Part shown: positions 51,494 to 62,630 of the stretch, one piece after another
How the letters are laid out: each line of letters begins with the position of its first letter
Position numbering within the stretch: position 1 is the first letter of the stretch
Assembly: GCA_965219995.1 (NCBI GenBank)
Contig: CBDCOX010000002.1
Location: forward strand, 4,192,001-4,256,000
Origin: Candidatus Latescibacterota bacterium
GTDB lineage: Bacteria > Latescibacterota > UBA2968 > GCA-2709665
Direction of reading: 5' to 3'
DNA: 64,000 nucleotides
Position numbers and translations under genes: made by a program
Notes under the pieces: generated by a model
The model's input: the letters and a program-made list of their open reading frames with translations, nothing else
Database searches by the model: none
What the model was told of the DNA's origin: nothing

Positions 51494-51940
51494 TGAAATT
51501 TCACGGACGCCGCACAATCGGTCGGTCCTGCGCAAGGCCGCTCAATCCGCATCCTTCTGGCTGAAAGGGCCGCTTTTCGCGGCGTTCAATTCCGCGGCCG
51601 AACCCGCTGATGCAGACGCTGATGTCTTCGCCTGCCTCGCGTACGATTCCAATGGCGATAAACTTACGACGGCGTCGAAGAAAGTCGGGGAAACAGCGGT
51701 TCACACTATAGATGTGGAACTTCGGAAAGCGCGACGGACGTGGGGTGGGTTTCGAGAGCGGAAGAAATTCATCGATTCTGCCAAAGGACAATAGCATTAC
51801 GGTAGAAAAACTGCATTTGAACTCCTGCACTCTCTGTCTGTGCCCGAGCAGGCAGCGGTCTACACCAACGCAATCGGCATCTCGTATGCGGAAGTAGATC
51901 TGAAAAATGCCCGGACTTTGAAAAACAGCACGGAAGCCGG

Positions 51941-51969
51941 TTGCATATTATCTCATATTGCGATATATT
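51941..51969 (+). promoter_or_regulatory. higBA promoter with palindromic operator
   Basis: TTGCAT-17bp-TATATT; TATCTCA-TAT-TGCGATA at 51949-51965. Confidence 0.65.
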
Positions 51970-51975
51970 GTGTAG

Positions 51976-52263
51976 GTGCATGTTATATCTCGCAAAGCTC
52001 TCCGGTTGTTCTGGACACAGCATCCCGACAGCAAGGCGTCACTGACACGTTGGTATAAGATCATGCGCCAGACGCAATTCAGCGATTTTGCGTCATTGCG
52101 CCGGTCTTTTCCTTCATCGGACAAAGTCGGAGAATTGGTTGTGTTCAACATCGCCGGCAATAAGTACCGACTTATCGCATCGATACATTTCAACCGTGGT
52201 AAGGTATATATTCGTCGTCTACTTACCCACAAAGCATACGCTCGCGGAGGATGGAGTAGATGA
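51976..52263 (+). CDS. higB: HigB toxin
   Basis: MHVISRKALR.FW..HP, VFNIAGNKYRLI, LTHKAY. Confidence 0.92.
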   Translation: MHVISRKALRLFWTQHPDSKASLTRWYKIMRQTQFSDFASLRRSFPSSDKVGELVVFNIAGNKYRLIASIHFNRGKVYIRRLLTHKAYARGGWSR

Positions 52264-52658
52264 ACACAATTACGCCGCAGATACAGCGATCGTGGTCACA
52301 GGTCAGTGACCTGCTGAAGATCCAAAACGAGCGGGAGTACGATATGGCCGTGGAGCGCCTGAACGGACTCATTGACGAGGTGGGTACGGACGAGCGGCAT
52401 CCGCTTTATTCTCTGCTCGATACGTTGGGCGCCGTTGTTCATGCCTGGGAGGAACAACACCACCCCATTGACGAGGCGCCGGGCAGGGACGTACTTCGAT
52501 TTCTCATGGACGAACATGGGTTAAACCAGTCTGAACTGCCGGAGGTTGGCTCGCAGGGAGTGGTTTCAGAGATTCTGGGAGGTCGGAGGGAGCTAAACGT
52601 CCGGCAGATCCGCGCGTTGTCCGCACGTTTTGGCGTCTCACCCGCCGTTTTCGTCTAA
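52260..52658 (+). CDS. higA: HigA antitoxin
   Basis: LRFLMDEHGLNQSELPEVGSQGVVSEILGGRRELN. Confidence 0.92.
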   Translation: MNTITPQIQRSWSQVSDLLKIQNEREYDMAVERLNGLIDEVGTDERHPLYSLLDTLGAVVHAWEEQHHPIDEAPGRDVLRFLMDEHGLNQSELPEVGSQGVVSEILGGRRELNVRQIRALSARFGVSPAVFV

Positions 52659-52787
52659 GTGCAATTGGCGTTGAAAGTTACCGGTTCGGAATCCTGCCGT
52701 GGTTGCTGGCCGTTCGGTCCTACTGCCACGGCTTTTTGTTAATCGCTTTGCGACCTGTCAATGCCACTCGCCCGAGGAGATTCCTGA

Positions 52788-53528
52788 ATGGAACGCTACC
52801 ACGCTTATGACGCGATTGCCGGGATCTACAACCGGCACTGGGGAACTTTCGCGGACCGGATCTACCCGGCGCTGCGCCGCCTGGTGCTGCGAGACCTCCC
52901 GCCCGGCTGCGCCGTACTGGATCTCTGCTGCGGTACCGGGCAGCTTGCTGCGGTGCTTTCCGATAGAGGGTACGTCGTTACGGGTGTGGATGGTTCCGAT
53001 GGGATGATCGGGATTGCGCGGAGAAACGCGCCGGACGCGGAGTTCCACGTCCAGGACGCGCGCGACCTCTCTCTGAACGGCCGTTTTACTGCGGTGTTCT
53101 CGACCTACGACAGCCTGAACCACGTGATGAGCCTGGACGAACTGGAGCAGGTCTTTCGAAACGTGTACGCCGTACTGGATGACGGCGGCTGCTTCGTTTT
53201 CGACCTGAACATGGAAGAGGCATACGTCACGCGATGGCGCGGCAGTTTCGGAATGGTCGAGGATGACCTTGTGTGCGTGGCCCGGTCGTCGATGGACGAG
53301 AAGGAGAGAATCGGGAGGATGGACCTGACGGTGTTCGAATTAATCGGAGACGGTTGGAAACGCACCGACGTCTCGCTCCTGCAGCGCTGGTATCCCGAGA
53401 GCGATCTCAGGGAACGACTTCAAAATGCCGGATTCGAAGGAATCCGGACATTTGACGGCGGCGACCCGAGTTTGGAGGGATTGCCGGACTACTCGGGAAG
53501 GATGTTCATCGTGGCGAGGAAAGCATAG
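52788..53528 (+). CDS. class I SAM-dependent methyltransferase
   Basis: VLDLCCGTG, DSLNH, GGCFVFD. Confidence 0.9.
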   Translation: MERYHAYDAIAGIYNRHWGTFADRIYPALRRLVLRDLPPGCAVLDLCCGTGQLAAVLSDRGYVVTGVDGSDGMIGIARRNAPDAEFHVQDARDLSLNGRFTAVFSTYDSLNHVMSLDELEQVFRNVYAVLDDGGCFVFDLNMEEAYVTRWRGSFGMVEDDLVCVARSSMDEKERIGRMDLTVFELIGDGWKRTDVSLLQRWYPESDLRERLQNAGFEGIRTFDGGDPSLEGLPDYSGRMFIVARKA

Positions 53529-53788
53529 GTAAGACACTCCGGTAATGTGTGGTATGTGTCGCAATTTGCAACACATGCCCCGGGTGTCATCGTATTCGAT
53601 CCGGCCGTGTCGAATTGAGGATCGGTCAACGAAGCCTGTGCAGAGGTGAGCCTGCCCGTACGTACGGGCGGCAGCGGGAGACGCGCGGAATACCGGGCTG
53701 AGAGGGGAGAGGACCACCGGCTGTCTTTAGGACGAGACGCCCTCCGTTCAGCGAGGTTGGGGCTCTCAGCCCGGATGGACCCAGCGGA

Positions 53789-55732
53789 TTAATCACTTGC
53801 CTGGTTGTATTTCTTCAGTTTGCGGTGCAGGGTTGCGCGATGGATGCCAAGTGCGTTCGCGGCGCGCGTAACATTGTCGCCGGCAACTTCCAGGGCCAGG
53901 AGCACGGCCTGCCTTTCGACCTCCGCGAGTGAAAGCGACGCCGACCTCTCGAGGTTGTCCTGACTGGACGTAATCGCGGGAGACAGTTGAGGCGGCAGGT
54001 TGCCAGCCTGAATCACCGGGGTTGTCTCCAGCAACACAGCTCGTTCGATGGCATTTTCAAGTTCGCGCACATTGCCGGGCCAATCGTACTGCAGCAGCAG
54101 GCGCAGGGCCGCCGTGGAGATGCCGTCGATGGATTTGTTCAGCCGTTTGGCGAACTTTTCGATGAAATGCTCAACGAGCGCTGGAATGTCCTCCCGCCGT
54201 TCTCTTAAGGGCGGTATCACGATGGGAAATGCCGCGACGCGATAGAACAGGTCTTCGCGGAATTCGCCCGCCTTCACGGCGCGCTCCAGGTCCTTGTTGG
54301 TTGCCGCTATCACCCTGATGTCGACGGATACGGGAGCGGTGCCGCCAATCCGCTGGATTTCGCGCTCCTGCAGAACGCGCAACAACGTGCCCTGAAGCGG
54401 GTAGGGCAGGTCGCCAATTTCGTCGATAAGGATCGTACCTCCGTCCGCGCGTTCGAACGCCCCGACTCTGCGTGTGGTTGCACCGGTGAACGCGCCCTTC
54501 TCGTGTCCGAACAATTCGCTCTCGATCAGCGTTTCGGGAATGGTAGCGCAATCCAACGCCACAAACGGACCATTCTTCCTCAAACTGTTAAAGTGGAATG
54601 ACCTTGCCACGAGTTCTTTTCCGGTACCGCTTTCGCCCTGGATCAGTACCGTAATGTCGCTTTCCGCGGCCTGTTTCATCAGTGCGAACACGGTATGCAT
54701 GACCTTGCTGGTTCCTACCAATCCGGCAAAGGAATACGTTGTTTCCAATTCAGTGCGCAGGCGCTGTACTTCGGCCTTCATCTGCTCGGCGTCGATTGCC
54801 GTGGATACGTCCCGATACAGTACGAGGTTGCCGATGACGTGCCCCAGTTCGTCCGTCACAGGCGCGGTTGAGCGGTAGAACAGGCGCTGCCCGGGCAGTC
54901 CGCCGGCGCCGGTTGTTTCCACGACGTCTTCGCCGTCGAGAGGAAGACTGCCGTCGGTGCCGCCCAGGTCAGGTTTCCTGAACCGTTCCTTGAAACGCGC
55001 CAGGAGATCGTCCGGCGAAATCTCCCCCAGTTCGATATCCTCCAGACCCATGAGTTGCTCGTACATTCCATTGGCGAATACCAGACGTTCTGAGACGTCC
55101 TGCATTGCAATGGCATCGCCCGTGGCATTCAGGACTGCTTCGAGTCTTAAATGGCTGGTGGCAAGTTGCCGCCTTTGTTTCGCGAATTCCTGTTCGATGT
55201 TCCACTTTCCAACCAGCGACAAGGTGATTTGCTGAATCTCCTCGTGGGTGAAGGGTTTTCTGATATAGAGGAGCTTGTGCAGTAATTCCATGTCATAGAC
55301 GATCTCAGGCAGAGACATATCGGTATACGCCGTCATAATGACGATTTCAATGTCGCGATCGATTTCTCTCACCCTACGCACCGTTTCGATGCCATCGATT
55401 CCAGGGGGCATTCGAATATCTATATAGGCGACGGCAACGGGTCGATTCGATTCCTTGCCCTCCCGGATAATGTTGTATGCTTCCTCTCCATTGTTCGCGT
55501 GCATCAATTCGAACTCCGGAAGATAACGCCCTTCCTGCTCGCGGACGAATGCAACCGCCAGATCGTCAGCCGAGCGGCTCGCAATACCGGAACACAGCAT
55601 TTCTGCAAAGTCGTCGTGTATCTCGGGCTGATCGTCGACAATCAGTACCCGTTTGTTTCCGTGATTAAATGTTTCCATCGACCACCCTGGTCCCCGACCG
55701 GTTGACAAGCTATCTGAAAACGGAGCATCCAT
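53789..55732 (-). CDS. sigma54-dependent response regulator (REC-PAS-AAA+-HTH)
   Basis: LIVDD, DIRMPPG, PAS segment, [40 protein letters not shown]. Confidence 0.92.
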   Translation of the reverse strand: MDAPFSDSLSTGRGPGWSMETFNHGNKRVLIVDDQPEIHDDFAEMLCSGIASRSADDLAVAFVREQEGRYLPEFELMHANNGEEAYNIIREGKESNRPVAVAYIDIRMPPGIDGIETVRRVREIDRDIEIVIMTAYTDMSLPEIVYDMELLHKLLYIRKPFTHEEIQQITLSLVGKWNIEQEFAKQRRQLATSHLRLEAVLNATGDAIAMQDVSERLVFANGMYEQLMGLEDIELGEISPDDLLARFKERFRKPDLGGTDGSLPLDGEDVVETTGAGGLPGQRLFYRSTAPVTDELGHVIGNLVLYRDVSTAIDAEQMKAEVQRLRTELETTYSFAGLVGTSKVMHTVFALMKQAAESDITVLIQGESGTGKELVARSFHFNSLRKNGPFVALDCATIPETLIESELFGHEKGAFTGATTRRVGAFERADGGTILIDEIGDLPYPLQGTLLRVLQEREIQRIGGTAPVSVDIRVIAATNKDLERAVKAGEFREDLFYRVAAFPIVIPPLRERREDIPALVEHFIEKFAKRLNKSIDGISTAALRLLLQYDWPGNVRELENAIERAVLLETTPVIQAGNLPPQLSPAITSSQDNLERSASLSLAEVERQAVLLALEVAGDNVTRAANALGIHRATLHRKLKKYNQASD

Positions 55733-55758
55733 ATCTCATCCCGCCCTTCGCGTTTTTC

Positions 55759-55774
55759 TGCACAATTTGTGCCA
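55759..55774 (-). promoter_or_regulatory. sigma54 -24/-12 promoter
   Basis: Minus strand TGGCAC-AAATT-GTGCA, just upstream of the regulator ATG. Confidence 0.6.
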
Positions 55775-56256
55775 ACAACTCTCGAAAGCAACCAATTTAT
55801 TGAATATTAAGGAGTTAAATTATCTGGATGACTTACGCCGCATTTTCATTGGTGTTGTATAGTGCGCCGACTGGATTCGCGCAGATGCGTGTGCGCCATC
55901 CTCGAACAATCGAACATAACTATATGATTGTTATTAATATACAAGGATATTTCCGCAATATTCCGGATGGAATGTGGCAATTTGCTACTGAAGTCGTTTT
56001 TTGCAACGCCGCGGCGGGTTTTTGCCCTCGCAATCCATTCAGCATCGACTGCAAACCCGTGGTGGACCGCCATCGTTCAGGTCCGTAGGCGACGGTTACA
56101 CGAATTCGAATAAGGCGGACGTACGGAAACCGACGACGCCTCCTACCGGGAATCCGGGACCTTACGTTGTGTCAATCATACCGGATCCGGAGTGCTTGTC
56201 GCGGGAACGGTGGTTCCCTGCGGACCGGAATTGTGTGCGTGGCGTACCTGTAGCAG

Positions 56257-58371
56257 CTATCCGGCATCCAACCGCGGAGCTACTGAGGTTAGCGGCAGCA
56301 TGACCCGCATGGTTGTTCCATTGCCCTTTCCTTTGCTGGACGGTTCGATTCGTCCACCGGAAGCAATGACGAAGTTGGCCGCCGAGTGGAGGCCGAGCCC
56401 GCTGCCCGATTTCTTCGTGGTATACCCGGGGGTAAATAACACGCGGGTGTCTTGGTATTCGATACCAATGCCGTTGTCGATGACTTCGAGGTTGAGGTAG
56501 CCGTCCACGGCGCTGGCTTTTATCCTGATGCTCGGGGTTTCCCGGAGACCGAACAAGACTGCCTGTTCATCGATGGCTTCGATCGAATTCTTGACCAGGT
56601 TTACCAGCATCTGGTGAAACTGACTCTCGCGGACGCGAATTTGCTGTGGCGCATCCTCACAGTTGACGTCGGTCCGGATCCCCCTCCTGGCGAGTGATTC
56701 TCTTAAAACTCTGAGAGAGCCGGCGAGCGCGTCGTAGAGGTCGATATCCTTGCTATCCATATCGGAACCGTCAAGCGCTTTCTGGGTGCGGATGATGTCC
56801 GCGATGCGATTGGCGCGGTCTCGAACGCGGGAAACCGTTTTCATCAACTCGTCGTTCCGTCTGCCGAAGTCTTCCGCCAGCTTGATGATGAACGGCATGA
56901 CCTTGCGGCCCTGCGGGTCGTTTGAAATGTAGTCGATCCAATCGCTTCGATGTGCGTCGATTGCGCTGGCCAGTGCGAATAGACGCCGGCCTGCGCGGTC
57001 ATTCGAGAGATTCCGCCGGACGGTTTCGATCCCGGTGGTAACACTGTTCATCGCGTTGCCGATGTTGTGGAGAATGGTGTCCACCATCTCCAGCCGCCCC
57101 TGGTCGAATGCCCGCGCCAGTGCCTCCTCGGCAAGCACCCGCTCCGTTACGTCGCGAAAGATAACCACGCCGCCCCTTATTTCGCCCGTGTTGTCGAGCA
57201 AGGGTCGCGCGCTCATCCGGATGTAGACCCCGGCCGGCTTTTTCCTGTTCCGAATGAACACATCCGCCTCATCCGTGGATTCTCCCAGACGAATGGCTCG
57301 CATGAGCGGGAGGTTCTCGGTCTTCATCGGTGTTATTCGATCGGGAAAGTAAACTCCGTATTCCTCGGCACAGTTGTCCGGAAACCCGTCCTTGATATCC
57401 ATCCCCACGATTTGTGTGGCGCCCGGGTTTACGTAAAGGAACTTTCCGTGGGTGTCGGCAACGATGATGCCGTCACTCATGCTCTTGAGGATGGTCTCCA
57501 TCAATTCGGCCTGTTCCTGCAGCTTGGCGAACGTCCGTTCCAACTCGGCTTCCGCCTGCTTCAATTTCGTCACGTCACGGATAACGGCCACGCCGCCTCT
57601 TGACGATCCCAACCGGTCCAGCAGGGGTCTTGCGCTTATGTTCACGTGGACCCCGTCCGGCTTCAGTTCGTTGCGTATCAGGAACTCGGTTTCTTCGGTT
57701 GTCTGGCCTCTGAGCGCAAGCATCAGCGGATTCAGATCCTCGCTGAGGACGGTCTGCCCGTCGGGCAGAAATACACCGTATCTTTCGGGCCACCTGGCGA
57801 TGTCCTTTTCCAGCGGATGGCTGCCGCCGATTTGAGGCCCGCTCGAATTTTGAAACAGGATCGTCCCATCTTCGTCTACAGCCACCACGCCTTCACTCAT
57901 GCTGTTAAATACCGTTTCCATGAGTTCCGCATGGTTCTTGTATTCATCGATTGTTCGTTCAAGGACAATCCGTGTTCTACGACGTTCGTGTTCCCCTTCG
58001 CGAATGGAGACGGCGGCCTGGATATTCAAATGTAGCTGTCGTACGTCGACAGGTTTGAGCACGTAGCCGTACGGTTTCGTTGTCTGCGCCTGTTCAATCA
58101 GGTCTCCCTCTGCTTCGTCGGTCATGTACACGACGGGAACGTCGAACCGCTGGCACAGACGTTTGCCAACCGCCGGTCCCGTCACGTCGCCGCGAAGTCC
58201 GAGGTCGACCAGCGCCAGATCGGGTCGCATTTCAACGGCGACGGTATCGACCTTTCTTCCGTCTGCGACGACCGCGGAGACGGTGTATCCCATCATCAGG
58301 CAGGCCTTCAAATGGGCTGCGAAGGATTCGTCGTCTGCCACGATCAGGATTCGTCGTTCTGCGTTCATCAA
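56257..58371 (-). CDS. soluble hybrid histidine kinase (REC-PAS-PAS-HisKA-HATPase)
   Basis: DLALVD, GYVLKP; two PAS domains; LHNIGN; DNGIG, GSGLGL; no TM. Confidence 0.92.
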   Translation of the reverse strand: MMNAERRILIVADDESFAAHLKACLMMGYTVSAVVADGRKVDTVAVEMRPDLALVDLGLRGDVTGPAVGKRLCQRFDVPVVYMTDEAEGDLIEQAQTTKPYGYVLKPVDVRQLHLNIQAAVSIREGEHERRRTRIVLERTIDEYKNHAELMETVFNSMSEGVVAVDEDGTILFQNSSGPQIGGSHPLEKDIARWPERYGVFLPDGQTVLSEDLNPLMLALRGQTTEETEFLIRNELKPDGVHVNISARPLLDRLGSSRGGVAVIRDVTKLKQAEAELERTFAKLQEQAELMETILKSMSDGIIVADTHGKFLYVNPGATQIVGMDIKDGFPDNCAEEYGVYFPDRITPMKTENLPLMRAIRLGESTDEADVFIRNRKKPAGVYIRMSARPLLDNTGEIRGGVVIFRDVTERVLAEEALARAFDQGRLEMVDTILHNIGNAMNSVTTGIETVRRNLSNDRAGRRLFALASAIDAHRSDWIDYISNDPQGRKVMPFIIKLAEDFGRRNDELMKTVSRVRDRANRIADIIRTQKALDGSDMDSKDIDLYDALAGSLRVLRESLARRGIRTDVNCEDAPQQIRVRESQFHQMLVNLVKNSIEAIDEQAVLFGLRETPSIRIKASAVDGYLNLEVIDNGIGIEYQDTRVLFTPGYTTKKSGSGLGLHSAANFVIASGGRIEPSSKGKGNGTTMRVMLPLTSVAPRLDAG

Positions 58372-58442
58372 TGTTGTTCGCTTTCTTTACAAGGGTGAGT
58401 GGCTGCAGGATTGTCTGACAGAACCGGTTTCCAACCGCCCGC

Positions 58443-59675
58443 TCATTCCGCCTTTGGATTCTCCCACGACACACGCACTCCTTTCTTCCGGAATGCGTCG
58501 ATATGTCTGCGTATGGACTCCGACGATAGGGGGTTCCCGCGTACGGTCAACTTCGTCAGGTCGTCGAGCGCGGAAAGGCGCGATATGTCTGTGACCCGGT
58601 TTTGTCCCAGATTCAGCGTTGCCAGGCTAACCAGCCCGGTCAGCCCCTTGATGTCGCTGATGCCATTGTTGTGAAGGTGGAGGTGTTGGAGATTGGCCAG
58701 TCCGGATATCGGCGATATGTCTGTGATGCCGTTGTGCCCCATATGTAGCCGCTTCAGTTCATTCATCTCTGCCAGCGGCCCCAAATCGCTGATCGCGTTC
58801 CTGTCAACGTAAAGGCGGGTCAGCTTAGTCAATCCCGCCAGCGGCGTCAGGTCGCTGATCCCATTTCTGTCGAGGTCCAGTTCCTTCAGGTTTTTCAGTC
58901 CGGCCAGCGGCTTCAGGTCAGCGATGCCGTTGCTGTCCAGGCGCAGCGCCGTCAGCTCAGTCAGCCCGGAAAGGGGCGACAGGTCGCTGATTCCGTTGCT
59001 GTCGAGGTCCAGTTCCTTCAGGCTTTCCAGACCTGTCAACGGTGTCAAGTCGCTGATGCCGTTGCCTTCGAGGCGGAGCCCCGTCAGACTCGTCAGCCCC
59101 GATAGCGCCGATACGTCGGTGATGCCATTGTTGTCCAGGTCCAGTTCCTTCAGGTTTGTCAAACCGGCCAGCGGCGCTATGTCGCTGATGCCGTTTCCTT
59201 CCAGACGCAACCTGACGAGTCTGTTCAGTCCGGACACAGGCGATACGTCGCTGATGCCGTTGTCGCCGAGATAGAGCCTTTCGAGGATTTGCAGCCTGGA
59301 GAGCGGCGTAATGTCGCTGATGCGGTTGCCCTCGAGACGCAGCCTCTTCAGATTGGTTAAAGCGGCCAGGGGTCCGAGGTCGACGATTTCATTGCCGTTG
59401 ACATTCAGTGCAATCAGGTTGATTGCGTGCTCAATCCCGTTCAGTCGAACAATGCCCTCGCGTTCGGCTTTCAGATGTGTCAACATTGCCAGGTCTGCCG
59501 CCGTGATCGGCTTACCATCCGCAATGTTCAGAGAGTCCCGGACTACGGATCGCAAACGTCCGTCCGGAACCAGCGTCGGTTTCGGCTCCGGCGCCGGAGG
59601 TTCCGTGACTTCCCGCGGGCCGGCGCAGCCGAACAGGACGGCTAAGGCTGCAAATGAGATGACTCTGTATAGCAT
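58443..59675 (-). CDS. internalin-like LRR lipoprotein
   Basis: Lipobox LFGC; about 14 22-aa repeats LxxLxLxxNxISDLxPLxG. Confidence 0.9.
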   Translation of the reverse strand: MLYRVISFAALAVLFGCAGPREVTEPPAPEPKPTLVPDGRLRSVVRDSLNIADGKPITAADLAMLTHLKAEREGIVRLNGIEHAINLIALNVNGNEIVDLGPLAALTNLKRLRLEGNRISDITPLSRLQILERLYLGDNGISDVSPVSGLNRLVRLRLEGNGISDIAPLAGLTNLKELDLDNNGITDVSALSGLTSLTGLRLEGNGISDLTPLTGLESLKELDLDSNGISDLSPLSGLTELTALRLDSNGIADLKPLAGLKNLKELDLDRNGISDLTPLAGLTKLTRLYVDRNAISDLGPLAEMNELKRLHMGHNGITDISPISGLANLQHLHLHNNGISDIKGLTGLVSLATLNLGQNRVTDISRLSALDDLTKLTVRGNPLSSESIRRHIDAFRKKGVRVSWENPKAE

Positions 59676-59849
59676 GTCGACCCTCGTTTGTTTCGTTGCG
59701 ACGCAGGTCTACTGTGCGTATGTAGCGACGAAGCGGGCATAGTACTGCTGAAGAACCAGTCTGAAAACGCCGCAAGCCTTGAGGTCAGGACTCATCGGGT
59801 ATTTTCGAGCGGGTTCACAGGCGAACGCGCTCAGCGCAACCGCATCAAG

Positions 59850-61657
59850 CTACTTGAGGTAGAGCATCCGTTGCGTCTTCACTCCGTCAGGATAGGTCAG
59901 GCGAGCGATGTAGACCCCCGTTGACAGCAAGACGCCGCCCTCGTCGCGCGCATCCCACCGAACCTGGTAGACGCCGGCGGCCTGAGACGCATCCACCAGC
60001 GTGCGTACGGGCTGGCCCAACACGTTGTAGATCACCAGTTGCACAGGGCCGGGACCGGCCAGGTGGTAGGTGATCACAGTGGCGCTGTTGAACGGGTTGG
60101 GCGAATTGGGCGCCAGCCCGCTGAGTGCGACCACCGCCTCGGGGCCACCACCGGCTCATCAGCAATTGCCAGCTTGCCCACGGCCAGCGGTTCGACCCGT
60201 ACGACCCTCATCCCGCCCTCCAGCGTCAGTTCCAGGATCTGGCGTTGATTGCGATTGAGGGGAATGCTGTGCCACTGGCCCACGATATCGCCCACGGCGT
60301 TTCGGGCGCGGGCCCGGTAGTAGCCGCTCACCCCGTCCGGGCTGGAGATGGTCAGGATAAAGCTGCCGCTGGCATTGGTGACGGCACTCCAGTCGTAGCT
60401 GGACGGGCGGCCGGAGACGGCCCGCGAAAACTCGACCTCCAGCCCCGCGACGGCGTCTCCCAGGACCCTGGCGCCTACTACCGTACGGGGACCCGTCGTG
60501 GCTATATCAGGCGCGCGTACATAAAATCCGGACCCTACGATAAAAACCACAGGGCGCGTAGAACCGTCTGCTCTCTCGAGTTCACCGGTAAACTGGCGGG
60601 CGTAGCCCACCTTGGGGACGTCGGCGCTGTCCGTGTCATCCGTCGGATCGTCGTAGAAATACTCCACGAAACCGCCTTCCGGTCCACTCATTGCCGCCGC
60701 TAACACCTTCGGCAAAATGAGCTCTCCGGTAACTCCGTCTCGCGCGATCCCCACCAGAGGCCGCAGTTCGAACAAGTCCGGAAATGCGCCGTGAAACAGG
60801 ACAATGTTGCTGGCAGGATCCAGAATATAAAGGTATACGGACCCGTGTCTCCATGGACCATCCGGATCCCGCAAAGCGACCCTGGCTCTCAAGATAGCGG
60901 GCACAAGACCGCCGCCCTTCTGCTGTGAGAGAAAAGCCGCTCCTGCTTGCGTAACAAAGGCTTTTAAGGTTTCCCTGTCCACCACGTCACGTGCGGTAAC
61001 GGCAGGTATGGCATAATCGAATTCCTCTTCGGCCAGGTGAGATTCGTCGAGGTCGAATCCGGCAAGCAAAACGAGGGGGAATCTGAAATTCCTCGAATAG
61101 TAAACAGCGGTATATCCTGAAGCCCCCGGTATGCCGGGTATGTCGAACTGGCCGCCATCCCTGCCTGCAGCCTCACTGAAAGCAGCCGTTATCGCAACGG
61201 GATCATCCTGTAAACCGGCCAGGTTGATTTCCAACGCCCGGAGAATGGCTCCATAAATCGACGGTTTGAGCAACCTGCCGGACAGCGCCATATTTTTCGC
61301 GTGAATAAACACCCTGCCATCAGGCGTCAGCTTCACAAGATAGGTGGAACCGGAGTGTAAATGGCTCCCGTCCTGCCTCAGGATACAACCCACGTATAAC
61401 TGCAGTTCGGCAGAATCCGTCCTTCGACCGAACCAGTCTCTCGCTTCCAACCCGAATTCACTCAAGGGAGCGCTACCGTCTTCGACCTGCTGCGCCGTAA
61501 CTTGCAGCGTTGGCGGAAGCTTCACACCGGAAGGGGGTGGACAGGCGCCATCCGTCTGCGCCAGGGCGGGACGCGTATTGGCAATGACGCCGGCCAGTAC
61601 GAGCAGACCGGCAGCAGGAATCAGGGAAGCCGACGCGAAAAACCCTCGAATTCTCAT
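59850..61657 (-). pseudogene. secreted Cache-domain protein with FlgD/T9SS-like C-terminal domain, frameshifted near 60140
   Basis: Signal peptide; two GS.YL..L...HG Cache-like units, GGFVEY..DDP; PNSPNPFNSAT...GVYIARL continues in another frame. Confidence 0.7.
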
Positions 61658-62225
61658 TTCGAATGTTCTCCTTTCAGGATGTGAACGATTCACTTTGATT
61701 CGCTATTTTACAACGACCTCTCCTGCCCGGTTCAGGGCTGAAGGATATTTAATGTCTTGACAGTCCGTATAAATTATCTTAATGTATCAGACAGCCCAAA
61801 GGAGGTATCAGATGAACCGTCAATTCAAGTGGTGGTGCTGTCGATACTTGCTTCGGATCATTTGTATAGATTGCAGCTTCAGTGACAAGACTGCGTGTAT
61901 GTTTCACAGGTGTCGGGACGGTACCTATAAGCCCGGACGCCCCGGTTTGATGTGCGAAAAGGGAGCGTGTGTTAACCCTCGCAGAAAGCACGGGATACCG
62001 ACGGCGGTTCAGAAGTACTATGTCTGACGGGATTAATGGAGACGCGAACAATGAGCCCCCGGGTTGTAGAAAACAGCCCGGGGGCTGTTGATGATCGACC
62101 GGTTTCGTCCAATGCGGGATCGTGTCTGCCTCCGGAGATTCATCGAATCGAACGTCGTGATAGACAAACCCACGCGCGGAGCTTCCGGTCCCGACCAGCG
62201 GACCGGAGATTGCGAGTATCGTAAC

Positions 62226-62630
62226 CTACCCCCTCCAATACAGATATCCTCCGATCAATACGGAGCACACTCCCCCCACCAGTAGCAGACTCCACAGAAA
62301 AGCGAAGAACCAACGCATGATCGGGTGTCGGTCCTCACGATGTCGGAAGAAACCCGACCAGAACACGACCGTCAACACAACCAGTGCCGCGAGGCCCACC
62401 TTCTGCAGCGCAAAGACCTCTCCAAGCCAGTATTTGTAGTAGAGGATGTGTTCCTGCATCGAGGAGAGTTTCCATGCGGACAATACCTGATACACCTCAA
62501 ACCAGAACACGATTCGCTGGCGCGCCTCACCCGGGTTTATTGTCAGGCGGCCACCGGTTTTTCCTTCACGAACCCCTTGGGCGCGATGGCTCGCAACTTC
62601 CGAATTTTCATTGGTACTCGCCGATCCCAA
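62226..62630 (-). CDS. hypothetical membrane protein
   Basis: Two C-terminal hydrophobic helices; start uncertain. Confidence 0.45.
   Translation of the reverse strand: MGSASTNENSEVASHRAQGVREGKTGGRLTINPGEARQRIVFWFEVYQVLSAWKLSSMQEHILYYKYWLGEVFALQKVGLAALVVLTVVFWSGFFRHREDRHPIMRWFFAFLWSLLLVGGVCSVLIGGYLYWRG

Noticed and set aside
36448-53528. Integron cassette array
   Set aside because: No repeated RYYYAAC...GTTRRRY attC structures found after the genes and no integrase present.
61779-62224. Small ORFs and a hairpin at 62054-62086
   Set aside because: No recognisable protein; the hairpin lacks a U-tract and has no second copy.
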